This document shows, one piece after another, positions 37,741 to 47,983 of a DNA stretch of 64,000 nucleotides. This stretch comes from a virus (taxonomy: Duplodnaviria; Heunggongvirae; Uroviricota; Caudoviricetes). Under the pieces are notes generated by a model. It worked only from the letters and a program-made list of their open reading frames with translations, made no database searches and was not told where the DNA came from. The translations under genes were made by a program, and so were the position numbers. Each line of letters begins with the position of its first letter. Positions within the stretch are counted from its first letter, which is position 1. The stretch lies in IMG/VR virus record IMGVR_UViG_3300046522_000748. One strand, 5' to 3'.

Positions 37741-38550
37741 TTAGATTGCGGGCGCACCCATGATTTTCCATTTGTTGTCCACCGGCACCAATGAGAGCAT
37801 GTCCAGGCGCTCCAGTTCTTCGTACAGCGGTTTAGCCATGTCGCTCAGCGTATAGAGGGACAGGTTGGCCAGCCAGAACATTTCGCTGATGCACACCTGA
37901 TTGTCTGCATTGGGGCGTTTGAGCATCCCGTTGATCATGGGCACGGCTTCAGCACTCAACGAAAACAGTTGTTCCTTCGGATTGAAGGCCGGTGCAGGCT
38001 TCTCGGTCTTGAGGCGATAGACGTTACCGCCTTCGTCGTAGTCCTTGGTTTCGCGGGTGGGCGAAACGAACAAATAAGGCTGCGCACATTCAAACACCCA
38101 ACGGGTCGGATCGACGATCTTGCCGTCTGGCGTTTCGATCCAGCCATGGTGAACCAGCGGCTTGCCGTAGAAAATGCTGCCGGGGGCGCTGGTGCCCAGA
38201 AAATGCCCGTAAACGGCGCGACCTTCAACCAGACCCGCTTTGAGAATCGCGCAGGCAATGCCGTAGCAGTTGCCCGGCCACTCGGAAAGTGGAATGTCGA
38301 TGGCGTCGGCCACATCTTCAGCCTTCAAGGAGTGAACGTTTTTGGTCGGCTTCTCCAGTACTTCTGGATAGTCCTCGGCCAGTGCTTTCAACGGCGTCAT
38401 ACCTTGATCAAACGCTTCGCGCCATGCATCACGGTCAGAGACGTTGATGTCAAACTTGCGCGCCAGCAGCTCCAGATCGTCGTACCAGTTCATGAACAGC
38501 AGGCTGTCACGATCATCATCGAAGTCATCGTCGCAAAAGTCGTCATTCAT
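37741..38550 (-). CDS. hypothetical protein with possible transglutaminase-like Cys-His-Asp triad
   Basis: GNCYGIA..HHGWIE..IVDPT. Confidence 0.65.
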   Translation of the reverse strand: MNDDFCDDDFDDDRDSLLFMNWYDDLELLARKFDINVSDRDAWREAFDQGMTPLKALAEDYPEVLEKPTKNVHSLKAEDVADAIDIPLSEWPGNCYGIACAILKAGLVEGRAVYGHFLGTSAPGSIFYGKPLVHHGWIETPDGKIVDPTRWVFECAQPYLFVSPTRETKDYDEGGNVYRLKTEKPAPAFNPKEQLFSLSAEAVPMINGMLKRPNADNQVCISEMFWLANLSLYTLSDMAKPLYEELERLDMLSLVPVDNKWKIMGAPAI

Positions 38551-38606
38551 TGTGCGTCTACTCTGCTCTTTCAGTGGTTTAACGGCGTCATCGACGCCTT
38601 GTGGGG

Positions 38607-38852
38607 TCAGTCAGCTTTGGATTCGAGTGCAGCTTGTTCTGCGCGTTTGGCAATACGAGGATCAATGACACCGAAACGCGAGTTGTTGCACGCCAGACCT
38701 GCGCCGATCATCAAGACACCGCTGGGGTCATCGCCAATAAAGGCGCGTTGTTCTTCTGCGTACAGGCGAATGCTTTCTTCACTCCAACCGGCTTTGCGTT
38801 GAATCTCAGCCACGGAGATCAATTGTTTTTCAAATTCTTCTTTGGTCATCAC
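38607..38852 (-). CDS. hypothetical protein
   Basis: AGGAAG RBS. Confidence 0.55.
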   Translation of the reverse strand: MMTKEEFEKQLISVAEIQRKAGWSEESIRLYAEEQRAFIGDDPSGVLMIGAGLACNNSRFGVIDPRIAKRAEQAALESKAD

Positions 38853-38907
38853 GTGCTTCCTGTTGTTGTATTCGGAGATTTGATTAAATTGGGCAGCAGG
38901 CTGCTGC

Positions 38908-39033
38908 CTAATTAGCCGAGCCGCTTACCACCATAAAAGCGCCGGTCAGGAGCAGGCCAACAACGATGACGCACCCCATGGAAATCAGGGCGTAGCGAAA
39001 CTCATCAGGCAATTCATTAACAAGTGCTTTCAT
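38908..39033 (-). CDS. 41-aa single-TM peptide
   Basis: MKALVNELPDEFRYALISMGCVIVVGLLLTGAFMVVSGSAN; below ORF-track cutoff. Confidence 0.45.
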   Translation of the reverse strand: MKALVNELPDEFRYALISMGCVIVVGLLLTGAFMVVSGSAN

Positions 39034-39155
39034 ATTTTTTACCGGGTCTGCGACCCAAAGTGACCAGCGGGGTGGCTCTCAACTCATAATTAGGTGGATC
39101 ATGCGCAGTGACATGATCCGGTGCGGCCAGTTGCTAGATTAGCTGGTGGAGCGGT

Positions 39156-39392
39156 TTAGCTGACGCGAGTGACGACGGAGCACGGAATCGGAATTTCGCC
39201 TTCCATGACCAGGAGTGCTTTGCACTGCGTGAAGTCAGTTGATTTGGCACCATTGGGCAGGCTGACCAGTGCGGTGGCGACGGCGGACTGCACTTGTTGA
39301 AGAGTACTGGTGCCCACGACGACGGTGCTGTCGCCAATGCTCAGGGCGTTGAGCTGCGCCTTGCGTGAGATGCCGGTTTTAATTTCTCGCAT
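39156..39392 (-). CDS. small hypothetical protein
   Basis: AGGA RBS. Confidence 0.65.
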   Translation of the reverse strand: MREIKTGISRKAQLNALSIGDSTVVVGTSTLQQVQSAVATALVSLPNGAKSTDFTQCKALLVMEGEIPIPCSVVTRVS

Positions 39393-39404
39393 GTTGATGT
39401 CCTG

Positions 39405-39680
39405 TTACAGAGTGAGAGAGCGCACAAGGCGGCTAAAGGCGGATTCGATAACGGAATCCAGGATAATGGCGCGAACATCCTGAGGGCGCACGCTGGCGCC
39501 GTTCTGCAAGAACCAAACAGCCACTTCTTCGTCCGTTACAAAGCCCTTTTCGGCCAGCTTGGCGCGTTTGAGGGCGTAGGCGGCTTGAACATCCGCATCG
39601 TCCCAGGCCCATTCGCGCTGTGGGCGGTAATAGGGGGTGCTGGTGTGTTCGGGTATGGGTTGCGGCCATTCTTCTGCCAT
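39405..39680 (-). CDS. hypothetical protein
   Basis: Start MAEEWP; operator promoter 39723-39762. Confidence 0.65.
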   Translation of the reverse strand: MAEEWPQPIPEHTSTPYYRPQREWAWDDADVQAAYALKRAKLAEKGFVTDEEVAVWFLQNGASVRPQDVRAIILDSVIESAFSRLVRSLTL

Positions 39681-39745
39681 GTCGCTTTCCGTCCTGAATG
39701 CATAATTGCTTGATTGGTAGTGATTATACTCAGGCTTAGTGAGTT

Positions 39746-39762
39746 TGTCAATGCTGCTGACC
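39746..39762. promoter_or_regulatory. operator TGTCA-N7-TGACC
   Basis: TTGACA-17-TATAAT. Confidence 0.7.
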
Positions 39763-39811
39763 ACGCTTTGATCGTCAACCGTGTTATAATATAGAAATAA
39801 GGGGGGTAGCC

Positions 39812-40126
39812 ATGAGTGATAATACGCAAATGAATCCGATGTGTACCACGGAGCGCTCCGAGCTTGCGCCGGTTTTGCCTGATGATCTGGCTGACTTGCC
39901 GGTGGTGGGCGTTAAAGACTTCATAGAGCGCTTTGCGACGGCACGTGGCGTTGTGTATCGGCGAACATACCTGGATGATTTGGCTGAAACCATCACTCGG
40001 CTGTCAGGCGATGATATACAGCTTGATCCTACTGAAAAACTACTGGTGACCCTGAAAAGACAAGGCCACCTCAGCGGGCCTCAAATCATGCGCCTGCTGG
40101 CGAACTATCTAAAGGAGAGAAGATGA
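39812..40126 (+). CDS. hypothetical protein
   Basis: Coupled to downstream gene. Confidence 0.7.
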   Translation: MSDNTQMNPMCTTERSELAPVLPDDLADLPVVGVKDFIERFATARGVVYRRTYLDDLAETITRLSGDDIQLDPTEKLLVTLKRQGHLSGPQIMRLLANYLKERR

Positions 40127-41193
40127 ATTACGACACACTGGAGCGTCAGTTGGCGGATGCGATCAAAACGAATACGATCAAAGGGGCCAATTTTAGGTCG
40201 CTCGACCCTAATATATTTTCCACGGTGGCTTTGAATCTCACCAGTGGGGCTGCCGATTATCGGGCTTTTGTTTATGCAAAGCCGTTGTTCGACACCCACC
40301 CTGCTCAGGATGTGCTGGCTGCGCTCAGCGCTCATTTCTATCGCAATTATCATGCGCATCGCCCCTTGATGGAGTTTCTCCACAAAGCACAGCGTGAATT
40401 GCCAGCGAGTATTTCGCCCGTCGCACAAGCCGCCATTGAATCCGCTCAAAAGAAGCTGGCGCTGTCGGGTGGGCCTTGTGCCGCAGAGGGACTGGCTTGG
40501 CTCAGTACGATCAAGAGTTCCAATCTAAAGGCTGAGCATGCGGCTGAGGTAGAGGCCGTAAGGGAGTATGGGATTAGCGCAACTTATTCGGATGATTACA
40601 CTGTTCGTTCGCGAGAAGGTCTTGAAGCCCGTATGCGTGACGACGCACTGGAATTGGTCAAACCGATTTTTGAATCGATTGGATTTGATTACTTTCCCAA
40701 GCAGGCGCCGCGCATGGAGATCGGTATGGTTAATTTCTCACTGTTGGGAATGCCTGGGCTTGCTGATGCCGACTCGACGCCCAAAAACTCGCTCGATAAA
40801 TTATCGCAAACACTGCTCAAATTTGGTGGCGAGTTGCAGGCCGAGCACAACAAGTTCGCGGATAAAGTCGCCAAAGTGGTTGATCATGACACGCCAACTT
40901 ATGGGTGGGGGCCACGGGGCAATATCTTTTACGCACAGGCGAAAGAGTTGTTTCTGTCCATCGATAGGCAGGATTTGAGATCTCTCAAGGTTGAGCTAAT
41001 GGAAATCAAAAACAACACATTGGAGTCAATACGCGATTATTCAGTGACACCGGGTGTCAGCCGCAGCATTCAGACTCAAGAGGTCATGGCGTCCTACCAG
41101 CAGTTCCTGAAAGTGTTTGATCGTGCGCACCCCGATTATCACGCTGGAGTCCAGAAGCCCGCTCCAACATCGTCATTGGCGGCAGGGATGTAA
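40123..41193 (+). CDS. hypothetical protein
   Basis: 356 aa, AAGGAG RBS, terminator 41196-41224. Confidence 0.75.
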   Translation: MNYDTLERQLADAIKTNTIKGANFRSLDPNIFSTVALNLTSGAADYRAFVYAKPLFDTHPAQDVLAALSAHFYRNYHAHRPLMEFLHKAQRELPASISPVAQAAIESAQKKLALSGGPCAAEGLAWLSTIKSSNLKAEHAAEVEAVREYGISATYSDDYTVRSREGLEARMRDDALELVKPIFESIGFDYFPKQAPRMEIGMVNFSLLGMPGLADADSTPKNSLDKLSQTLLKFGGELQAEHNKFADKVAKVVDHDTPTYGWGPRGNIFYAQAKELFLSIDRQDLRSLKVELMEIKNNTLESIRDYSVTPGVSRSIQTQEVMASYQQFLKVFDRAHPDYHAGVQKPAPTSSLAAGM

Positions 41194-41236
41194 CGAAAAG
41201 GCCAAGCGATTGCTTGGCCTTTTCAATCTGAGTTAA

Positions 41237-41437
41237 TCAGTAACCCAGGTCTTGAACCAGCGTAAACACCATCGGCTCATTGCTGCCAGGAGCAACGTAG
41301 TCCGGCGCCACCTCTTTCAGAAAAGCTACCAGCGTTCCGGCTCGCTCTTGTTCGGCCAGTTTCGCCAGCGAGGCTTCTTTGCCGAGGCTGGTGAAGTACG
41401 AGTGATCACGCGGTTTTTCTTCGTAAAAGTCTGGCAT
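41237..41437 (-). CDS. small hypothetical protein
   Basis: 66-aa ORF. Confidence 0.55.
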   Translation of the reverse strand: MPDFYEEKPRDHSYFTSLGKEASLAKLAEQERAGTLVAFLKEVAPDYVAPGSNEPMVFTLVQDLGY

Positions 41438-41462
41438 ATGACATCTTCTCTTTGGCTGATTA

Positions 41463-41747
41463 TTAAGTCGCGCTCGACGCGGCGGCGCGCACTGTCGTTT
41501 CGTTTTCTCTTACAAACTTATGAACTGCACCACGCACTTCTGTGTCGGAAAAGCCCCAGCAAATGCCTTGCCCCAAAGTGTTTTCTGGAATCAGCATAAA
41601 CAGCGACTTTTGCTGTGCTGGCGTAGGCTCATCAAATCCGATATCGGCCAGTGCGTCATGAAAGACGTAGATATCATCATCATCCTCACTGGTGTTGTTC
41701 CAAAAAGCGTCACGTACGGCTTGTAAGCGTTTATCGTAATCTGTCAT
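41463..41747 (-). CDS. hypothetical protein
   Basis: WGFSDTEVR motif. Confidence 0.65.
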   Translation of the reverse strand: MTDYDKRLQAVRDAFWNNTSEDDDDIYVFHDALADIGFDEPTPAQQKSLFMLIPENTLGQGICWGFSDTEVRGAVHKFVRENETTVRAAASSAT

Positions 41748-41817
41748 GGTGTTTACTCTGTTAAGGTTTGCTTATTACTAGGGGTTGGCTGCCCGGTGTA
41801 CCGGGCAGCCTGAAATT

Positions 41818-42051
41818 TCAGCGGGCGCGGAGTTCGTTGATTTTCGCTTCGTCAGCACGGTGTTGAGCCAGGGCGTCGATGTGGCGCTGGCTACCTTCGG
41901 CGGCACGGGCTTCGACATAGGCCAATGCCGAGGCATCGTCTGCGAAGATATTGGCTTCATCGTCGCGTTCAATCTCCATCAGGCCTGCGCCATTGTAATC
42001 AAACAGATCCCAGCCTTCAGCGGCGTTGGCATTGCGTGCAGATTGTTCCAT
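41818..42051 (-). CDS. hypothetical protein
   Basis: A.AEGWDLF..IERDDE..F.DD..A; GGAG RBS. Confidence 0.65.
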   Translation of the reverse strand: MEQSARNANAAEGWDLFDYNGAGLMEIERDDEANIFADDASALAYVEARAAEGSQRHIDALAQHRADEAKINELRAR

Positions 42052-42115
42052 TGGTGTAGCTCCAAGTGACAAGAGGGTTGATTGAGAGGCGATTAGGAAA
42101 TGAGGGCCTGACAGA

Positions 42116-42238
42116 TCACTCTGTCAGGGGCTTCTTGTGCTTCTTGTAGCCTGCCCGCTCGGCCTTGCGGCGATCCACCTGCACCGAGGCGCGGCAGAAC
42201 TTGTGAGCGTGCTTGGCAACGAAGTTTTGAGCTTTCAT
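42116..42238 (-). CDS. 40-aa basic peptide, ArfA-like composition
   Basis: MKAQNFVAKHAHKFCRASVQVDRRKAERAGYKKHKKPLTE; AAGGA RBS; operator promoter 42274-42313; not in ORF track. Confidence 0.65.
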   Translation of the reverse strand: MKAQNFVAKHAHKFCRASVQVDRRKAERAGYKKHKKPLTE

Positions 42239-42296
42239 TTTCACGTCCTTCATTGAGCTTGGGTATGTCGATCATTCTACACAAAACTCGCATGAT

Positions 42297-42313
42297 TGTC
42301 AATCAGAATGACA
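42297..42313. promoter_or_regulatory. operator TGTCA-N7-TGACA
   Basis: Perfect site; TTGACA-17-TAGAAT. Confidence 0.8.
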
Positions 42314-42405
42314 CAAAATATCTTGCAGGCATGCCCCTTGAAAATCACATTGACATACACCCTTATTATGCATATAGTATCGTAAATTATCAAGGATTCT
42401 CCATC

Positions 42406-42876
42406 ATGGGCACACGTGTTAGCTACCGAATCGGCGAGTCGGTTGTTCTGTATTCCAACAACAGTCATGCTGACGAAGACCCGGAGGCCCTGTTCAGGGA
42501 GTACGTTGAGCGTTATTCAGACCGGCCTCAAAAACTGGTGGAAGAACTGCTCGAACTCACCTACGAGGACTCCTCTGGCCTCAACAAAGCCGGTGATCCG
42601 ATGTTCCGGATTGACTTTGCGCCCGGTGACTTTGAAAAACTCATTGTGGCCAAGCTCACTCGCAACGATGTGCTGGAGGTCGAGCAGTACGATTCCACTG
42701 ACGCCACCAGCCTGGATCTGCGCAAAAAGCTCCGGCATGCCTTCAGCATGGAGTTCAACGGCGGCGAGTTCATTTCGACTGGCGATCCGGTCATGCATCA
42801 GGAAATGACCAGCGCACGCGCTTGGGCGGAATGGGGCTACGATCAGGCCATTCTCCAGGGCTTGCTGAAACGCTGA
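42406..42876 (+). CDS. hypothetical protein
   Basis: AAGGA RBS; promoter TTGACA-17-TATAGT at 42350-42378. Confidence 0.7.
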   Translation: MGTRVSYRIGESVVLYSNNSHADEDPEALFREYVERYSDRPQKLVEELLELTYEDSSGLNKAGDPMFRIDFAPGDFEKLIVAKLTRNDVLEVEQYDSTDATSLDLRKKLRHAFSMEFNGGEFISTGDPVMHQEMTSARAWAEWGYDQAILQGLLKR

Positions 42877-42935
42877 TTGGCGCTCTTTCTTTTTTACTGC
42901 CCATCAGGGTGGCCACAACTTCTTACGGAGCTTCC

Positions 42936-43556
42936 ATGCTGACTCAAACTCGCCAAATCCCGCTTGAATTGCTTGAGCGTCTCCTCAATGAACCCATGTC
43001 GGTCGGTATGGAGCGCGAGCTAAAGGCGCTGGCCAGCGATGAGCCGACCTATCTCGTGCCCATCAGTGCTGATGGAAAGTCTGTGCTGATCGATGGTTTC
43101 GGCCTCGTGCCGCTTGATTATGAGAGCGTCACTGGCCCTTCCATCATCCCGTCCGAGATGGGGTTGATGCCTGCTCGATTGTCCGCTGAAAATGGCGCCA
43201 AGTTCATCCTGTCGGGTGAGTTTTATGAGACCATTCGCTGTGCTTGCCCGCAGTGCTGGGGCGAGGATGAACCCGATCCTGAGTGCGAGTTCTGCGCAGG
43301 TCAGGGTGAATTCGACACTCGCGTCCAGGTGACATGGGACACCATCAAAGACATCTATGCCAAGGCGTTTGATCGCATGGCGGCGCGTCCACAAAAGCTC
43401 GACATCAACGTTGAGCGCGAACGTTTCGAAACGTGGTTCCGCAAACAGTACCGGATGCCGGAAAGCGTCGAATTTTCCTGGGAGGCCGATGGCATCCAGA
43501 AAATGCTCGAAGGCTGGATTGCCCATGGCAAAGTGACCGGCGCAACTGTGCAGTAA
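42936..43556 (+). CDS. phage-type protein with CxxC..CxxC.G.G zinc ribbon
   Basis: LSAENGAK..LSGEF..CPQC..CEFCAGQG..VTWDTIKDIY. Confidence 0.75.
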   Translation: MLTQTRQIPLELLERLLNEPMSVGMERELKALASDEPTYLVPISADGKSVLIDGFGLVPLDYESVTGPSIIPSEMGLMPARLSAENGAKFILSGEFYETIRCACPQCWGEDEPDPECEFCAGQGEFDTRVQVTWDTIKDIYAKAFDRMAARPQKLDINVERERFETWFRKQYRMPESVEFSWEADGIQKMLEGWIAHGKVTGATVQ

Positions 43557-43614
43557 AACTTGACAGTTGGGCTGGATCATCAGTTGCCAGCCCCCTGAAT
43601 TCGGAGTGTGTTAA

Positions 43615-43938
43615 ATGGCTTGGCGTTTTGTAAAGCAGCCAAATGGCTTGCTGGCTCGTTTTTCTGAAGTCGTTGATCAGTTCACTGATGGAAACCTGAG
43701 TGTGGCTGAAGCTGTGACGCTGTGCATCACTGACTATGGTATGGATGAGGCTTCGGCAAGTCGCAAAGTCCAAGCAGCAGTAGAGGATCGTGACAGTTTG
43801 TTGCCAAGCACTCCAGGCAATGGTCATGACCGCTGGGACGAAGCTCTGGAGGCCATACGTTTTCAGCATGGCGAAGAGGCCTTGGCTACGGTGATGGCGG
43901 AAATGGGATTTGCCGCAGACGGGGCACTCAAAGCATGA
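43615..43938 (+). CDS. conserved hypothetical protein
   Basis: MAWRFVKQPNGLLARFSEVVD motif. Confidence 0.7.
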   Translation: MAWRFVKQPNGLLARFSEVVDQFTDGNLSVAEAVTLCITDYGMDEASASRKVQAAVEDRDSLLPSTPGNGHDRWDEALEAIRFQHGEEALATVMAEMGFAADGALKA

Positions 43939-44428
43939 GTGTTTTCCCTAGATGACTGGTTCCGCAGTTGGAGCAACTGGCATGCAATATGATCGGTGTC
44001 GGTTTCCGAAATAAATGCGAAATACTGGAAATACCCTGAAGGTTAAGATGATGAACAGGACAACCGAAAAAGTTAGCATCGGCCATTATTTGGTCAGTAC
44101 TGTCGAGTGCGGCCAGTTCAGCGTCTCCAAGCACGAAGGGGCGTGGATACTGCGCAATGAAGGTCATTTTATCGACCGCTTCCCTACCAAAAAGGAAGCC
44201 ATGTACGAGATTTCCGAGCGACAGCGAATAGTGCGCCACGGCAACTGGAAAAACAGCAATGGATCAGATCCAGGCAGCTAAGATGTTGTAAGCGCACAGT
44301 TGCTCCCGTTGTTTCCATAGCTGGGGCCGTCTTTGACTCTGCTTCTTTTTTCGCAGCCCTTCCCGTCTTTACTGGCATCACCTATCCTTCGCGGATTGTT
44401 CCTACTATCAGCGAATCGGGGTGGCTTA

Positions 44429-45283
44429 GTGGAAGACAGGGAGTTGCTGTACCAATTGTTGGCGAAACAGGATTGGGACGAGATCGCCAAGATCTTGTAC
44501 CGCAACGCCCAAAATCCTGGCACTCGGATTGACCCGATTGTGCAGCAAGCAGTCACCTATTTTGAGGCTGATTTTTTTGCCTTCACGGCGTCGCTGCCCG
44601 CTGAAATGCGAGTCAAGAAATTCGAATACACCAGCCTGATCATCGAGCTTAGTCGTCACGGATTCAGCAATAATTTTGTCGCTCAATTTATCGATGAGCG
44701 CCTGAAGCTCATGAAAGAAATGAATAGCTCGGCCTTGCTGAGCTATGCCATGAGCCACCAGGAAAGGCCGCTGGCCAAGGAAATCATCCGGGAAATTCAG
44801 GCCGCAAAACCAGAAGCGGTGGCTGCCGGTCGGCGTGAGAACATGTCGATTCGTGCCACGGAGGTGGCTCCAGGCAAGGCTCAGACCATCCGGTTGTTCA
44901 AGTCCAAGCAAGAGCAGAACTTCTACGAGGCCGTTCGCCGTGTCTTCCCCACTTACCACCCCTACCCCAACGTGGCACTCAGTTGCGTGCTGGATTATGC
45001 CGCGATCAAAGATCGGCTGACAGAGGCTCAGCGCGGCTACTTCTTCAGGGCGATCATCGACAGCGTGGTGTTTGATGCCATGAGTGGCTATGAGCCAAAA
45101 TACTTTATCGAACTGGACAGTTCTTTCCATGACTCCCCGCAGGCCAGTGCCAACGATGCGTTAAAAGACGCCATTTTCAACGCAGCCAACACCAAGTTGA
45201 TCCGCATCCGTCCTCTGAATGCAAAAGCCTCATCGGTGGAGGAATTTGAGCGATTGGTATCGGAGGTCATGCGCCACGGCTGA
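44429..45283 (+). CDS. DUF2726 (PD-(D/E)xK nuclease-like) domain protein
   Basis: EQNFY..PNVAL..IDSVVFD..FIELDSSFHD..DALKDAI..LIRIR. Confidence 0.8.
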   Translation: MEDRELLYQLLAKQDWDEIAKILYRNAQNPGTRIDPIVQQAVTYFEADFFAFTASLPAEMRVKKFEYTSLIIELSRHGFSNNFVAQFIDERLKLMKEMNSSALLSYAMSHQERPLAKEIIREIQAAKPEAVAAGRRENMSIRATEVAPGKAQTIRLFKSKQEQNFYEAVRRVFPTYHPYPNVALSCVLDYAAIKDRLTEAQRGYFFRAIIDSVVFDAMSGYEPKYFIELDSSFHDSPQASANDALKDAIFNAANTKLIRIRPLNAKASSVEEFERLVSEVMRHG

Positions 45284-45339
45284 ACAAAATCCGTCCATTA
45301 AAAATGTTAAACTGTCCCTATACACGGGGACAGTACAAC

Positions 45340-45891
45340 ATGATGGACATGGCTAAATTTATTCAGGAAACACTGTTTCGAGACTCGAAGGTTCGGGGCG
45401 CGGACGGCGCGCTGCTGGTGCTTTACCATGGCACAACCAGCACGTTTACAGACTTTGATGTCGTTAAAAACCCTTCAGGGTATGGCAATTTGCGCGGCTT
45501 TTATTTTACCTCCGACCGTTCGGCGGCTGAAGACTACGGGCCGGTGGTGATGGCGGTGCATCTGGATTTTAAAAACCCTTTTATCGGCAATCCATTTACC
45601 CATTATGCCCAGGTGCATGGCATCGAGAAGCCTGGGTTTGGTTCTCGCCCCGAGGTCTTTGCCAAGTACAAAGCCGTGACTCACACCGTGGTAAAGGACT
45701 ATCTGATTGCACAAGGATTTGACGCGGTGATCATCGAGGCTCAGGACAACTATTTGGCCCACGACGAATACATTGCCTTCAATCGAGAGCAAATCAAGGT
45801 GATTTCATCTGAACGCATGGTTGAGGTGGAGTTGGAGGCCAAGGCTCCGGCGAGACATGTTGCAACAGCGGGGATAGGGATGGAGATGTAG
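45340..45891 (+). CDS. ADP-ribosyltransferase-like domain of polyvalent proteins, stand-alone
   Basis: LYHGT..F..FD, GFYFTSD, GFDAVII, EYIAF..QIK. Confidence 0.75.
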   Translation: MMDMAKFIQETLFRDSKVRGADGALLVLYHGTTSTFTDFDVVKNPSGYGNLRGFYFTSDRSAAEDYGPVVMAVHLDFKNPFIGNPFTHYAQVHGIEKPGFGSRPEVFAKYKAVTHTVVKDYLIAQGFDAVIIEAQDNYLAHDEYIAFNREQIKVISSERMVEVELEAKAPARHVATAGIGMEM

Positions 45892-45936
45892 CACCAGCCG
45901 GGCAGATCCTGCCCGACTGGTTAGTACAACGGCTGA

Positions 45937-46956
45937 TCAGAAGCCGCGATACGTCGTAGCACGCGTCCACAGTCGAACGATGACCGTTTCCAGCACTGAC
46001 GCAGCAGCGAAGCCCAAGCGCGCTTTCAGACCGCGCTTCTTTGGCAATTCGAACTGCACTTGTATCAGATTGTTATCCATCGCTTTTTTTGCCAGATACT
46101 CATCGCTGGTCATCAGCATATCGACAAGTTTCTTTTCTGCGGCCTCGGAGCCGAACCACGATTCGCCCGTGGCAATTTCATCCATCGCCAGCCCAGGTCG
46201 ATATTTGCTGACAAAAGTTTTGAACAGTCCGTGGACAGCATCCACTTCATCCTGAAATTTCTGGCGACCGGCTTCGGTGTTTTCACCCATGGTGGTCAGG
46301 GTGCGCTTGAACTCACCGGCAGTGATCAATTCATAATCGATGCCATGCTTTTTCAGCAGCTTGTTGAAATTGGGCATGGAGGCCACGACGCCGATGGAGC
46401 CCAGGATTGCAAACGGTGCGCTGATCACCTTGTTAGCGATACAGGCCATCATGTAACCACCGCTGGCGGCAACCTTGTCCACACAAATGGTCAGAGGTAC
46501 ACCAGCTTCGCGAATCCGCGCCAGTTGGGAGGCGGCAAGGCCATACCCATGCACTGCGCCACCGGGTGATTCGAGACGGACAACCACTTCATCCTGGTGC
46601 GCTGCATCACTCAAAATGGCGGTGACTTCATTGCGTAGAGACTCCACTGCCGAAGCTTCAATATCGCCATTGAAATCCAAGACATAGACCTTGTGTCTTT
46701 TTTCGTTGAAATCGGCATCCTTGATGGCTTTTTTAGCTGCTTTGCGTCTCGCCTTGCTCATGCAGGCGTGTTGAAGGGTTGTATTCAGCTTGCTGTAGAA
46801 TTCATTGAGGCTGGTGACTTTCAGCTCGCCTTCTTTGCGGCGGCTTTTGCCACGAGACATGGCAAAAATGCCCACCATGGCAGCAAATACCAGCAGGACT
46901 GTGAGGGATTTGGCAAGAAAACCGGCGTAATCGAGGAGTAGCGGCATGGGTTCCAT
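45937..46956 (-). CDS. sohB: S49 family peptidase SohB
   Basis: N-term TM, VYVLDFNGDI, RLESPGG.VHGYGLAASQL, DKVAASGGYMMAC, TAGEFKRTLT. Confidence 0.93.
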   Translation of the reverse strand: MEPMPLLLDYAGFLAKSLTVLLVFAAMVGIFAMSRGKSRRKEGELKVTSLNEFYSKLNTTLQHACMSKARRKAAKKAIKDADFNEKRHKVYVLDFNGDIEASAVESLRNEVTAILSDAAHQDEVVVRLESPGGAVHGYGLAASQLARIREAGVPLTICVDKVAASGGYMMACIANKVISAPFAILGSIGVVASMPNFNKLLKKHGIDYELITAGEFKRTLTTMGENTEAGRQKFQDEVDAVHGLFKTFVSKYRPGLAMDEIATGESWFGSEAAEKKLVDMLMTSDEYLAKKAMDNNLIQVQFELPKKRGLKARLGFAAASVLETVIVRLWTRATTYRGF

Positions 46957-47095
46957 CTTCAAAATTATGGCGCACGACAGGTGTGCCAAGCTTGGTGATT
47001 ATTATGACGGTTGCTGCGCAAATGTCAATATGAATTACCAATTTCTACGGATGAAACCCGCCTAAACAAACAATTATAGTGGAGTAACTGGCTTA

Positions 47096-47983
47096 TTAAC
47101 CTTTGAGGTACAGGTTCGACCAGTTCTCAACGATCACGCCCGGCATGTCGTACAGGCCTTCGCCGCTTTGCCATGGCAACACACGCAATTCAGCTTCACG
47201 CGAACGGGCGCTGTAGCCAGCCTTCAGTACGAAGTCGAAAGAGAAGCCAAGGTGCAGGCGACCGACTTCATCGCTGTGGTCATTGATAATGCCGTTGAAT
47301 TTCAATTCACCGGCAGACATGACCGGTACATCTTGGTCTTCTGGTTTGTCGGAGTCTTTGACGAACACTACCAGTTCTTCCTCCAGTTCACGCTGGATGT
47401 TCAATTTCACGGTGGCGATGAAGTCGATTACGCTGTTGACTTGAACCACATCCACCATGTCCACATGGCCACCGAACGCCACGCTTACCTTGCCTTCCAA
47501 GCGACCTTCGCTGACGCCTTTGCCGCGCAGGTAAGGCAGCAACAGCAGGTCATTATCACGAACAGTCACGTATGGCAGCACCTGACGGTAAGCGTCATCA
47601 CCAATTTTGGTGGTGTGAACGAGATCGGTATCGGCTGGCCCGATAAAAGAGACGCTCAATCCGCCTGGATGAGCTGACTGGGCGAGAAGAGCGGACATGA
47701 TCGAGTCACGAAAGGTCTCATCGCCACTTTTGTCACTACGAATGGTGATTTGAACGTGTTCGGCGCCCTCCTCAACGGCGGTGAGATTAAATCCACCACG
47801 CTCGGCGTTGTTTGAAAAATCCAACCATTGACGCTGGCGGATAACGAGGCCTTCTTGCAGCTTACTGAAGTCATCGACGGTGACAGTGCGGTCAAACCCC
47901 TCTTGGAATAACTTCTCTGCGTGTTCACGGGCAATGGCAAGAATGAATTCTGGATAATGTTTAACTTTTGCTGCTTGGGTCAT
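47096..47983 (-). CDS. NUDIX-like phosphoesterase
   Basis: YRQVLPY, E.RL.GK.S..FGGHVD, RELEEE, GIIND..DEVGRLHLG. Confidence 0.75.
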   Translation of the reverse strand: MTQAAKVKHYPEFILAIAREHAEKLFQEGFDRTVTVDDFSKLQEGLVIRQRQWLDFSNNAERGGFNLTAVEEGAEHVQITIRSDKSGDETFRDSIMSALLAQSAHPGGLSVSFIGPADTDLVHTTKIGDDAYRQVLPYVTVRDNDLLLLPYLRGKGVSEGRLEGKVSVAFGGHVDMVDVVQVNSVIDFIATVKLNIQRELEEELVVFVKDSDKPEDQDVPVMSAGELKFNGIINDHSDEVGRLHLGFSFDFVLKAGYSARSREAELRVLPWQSGEGLYDMPGVIVENWSNLYLKG

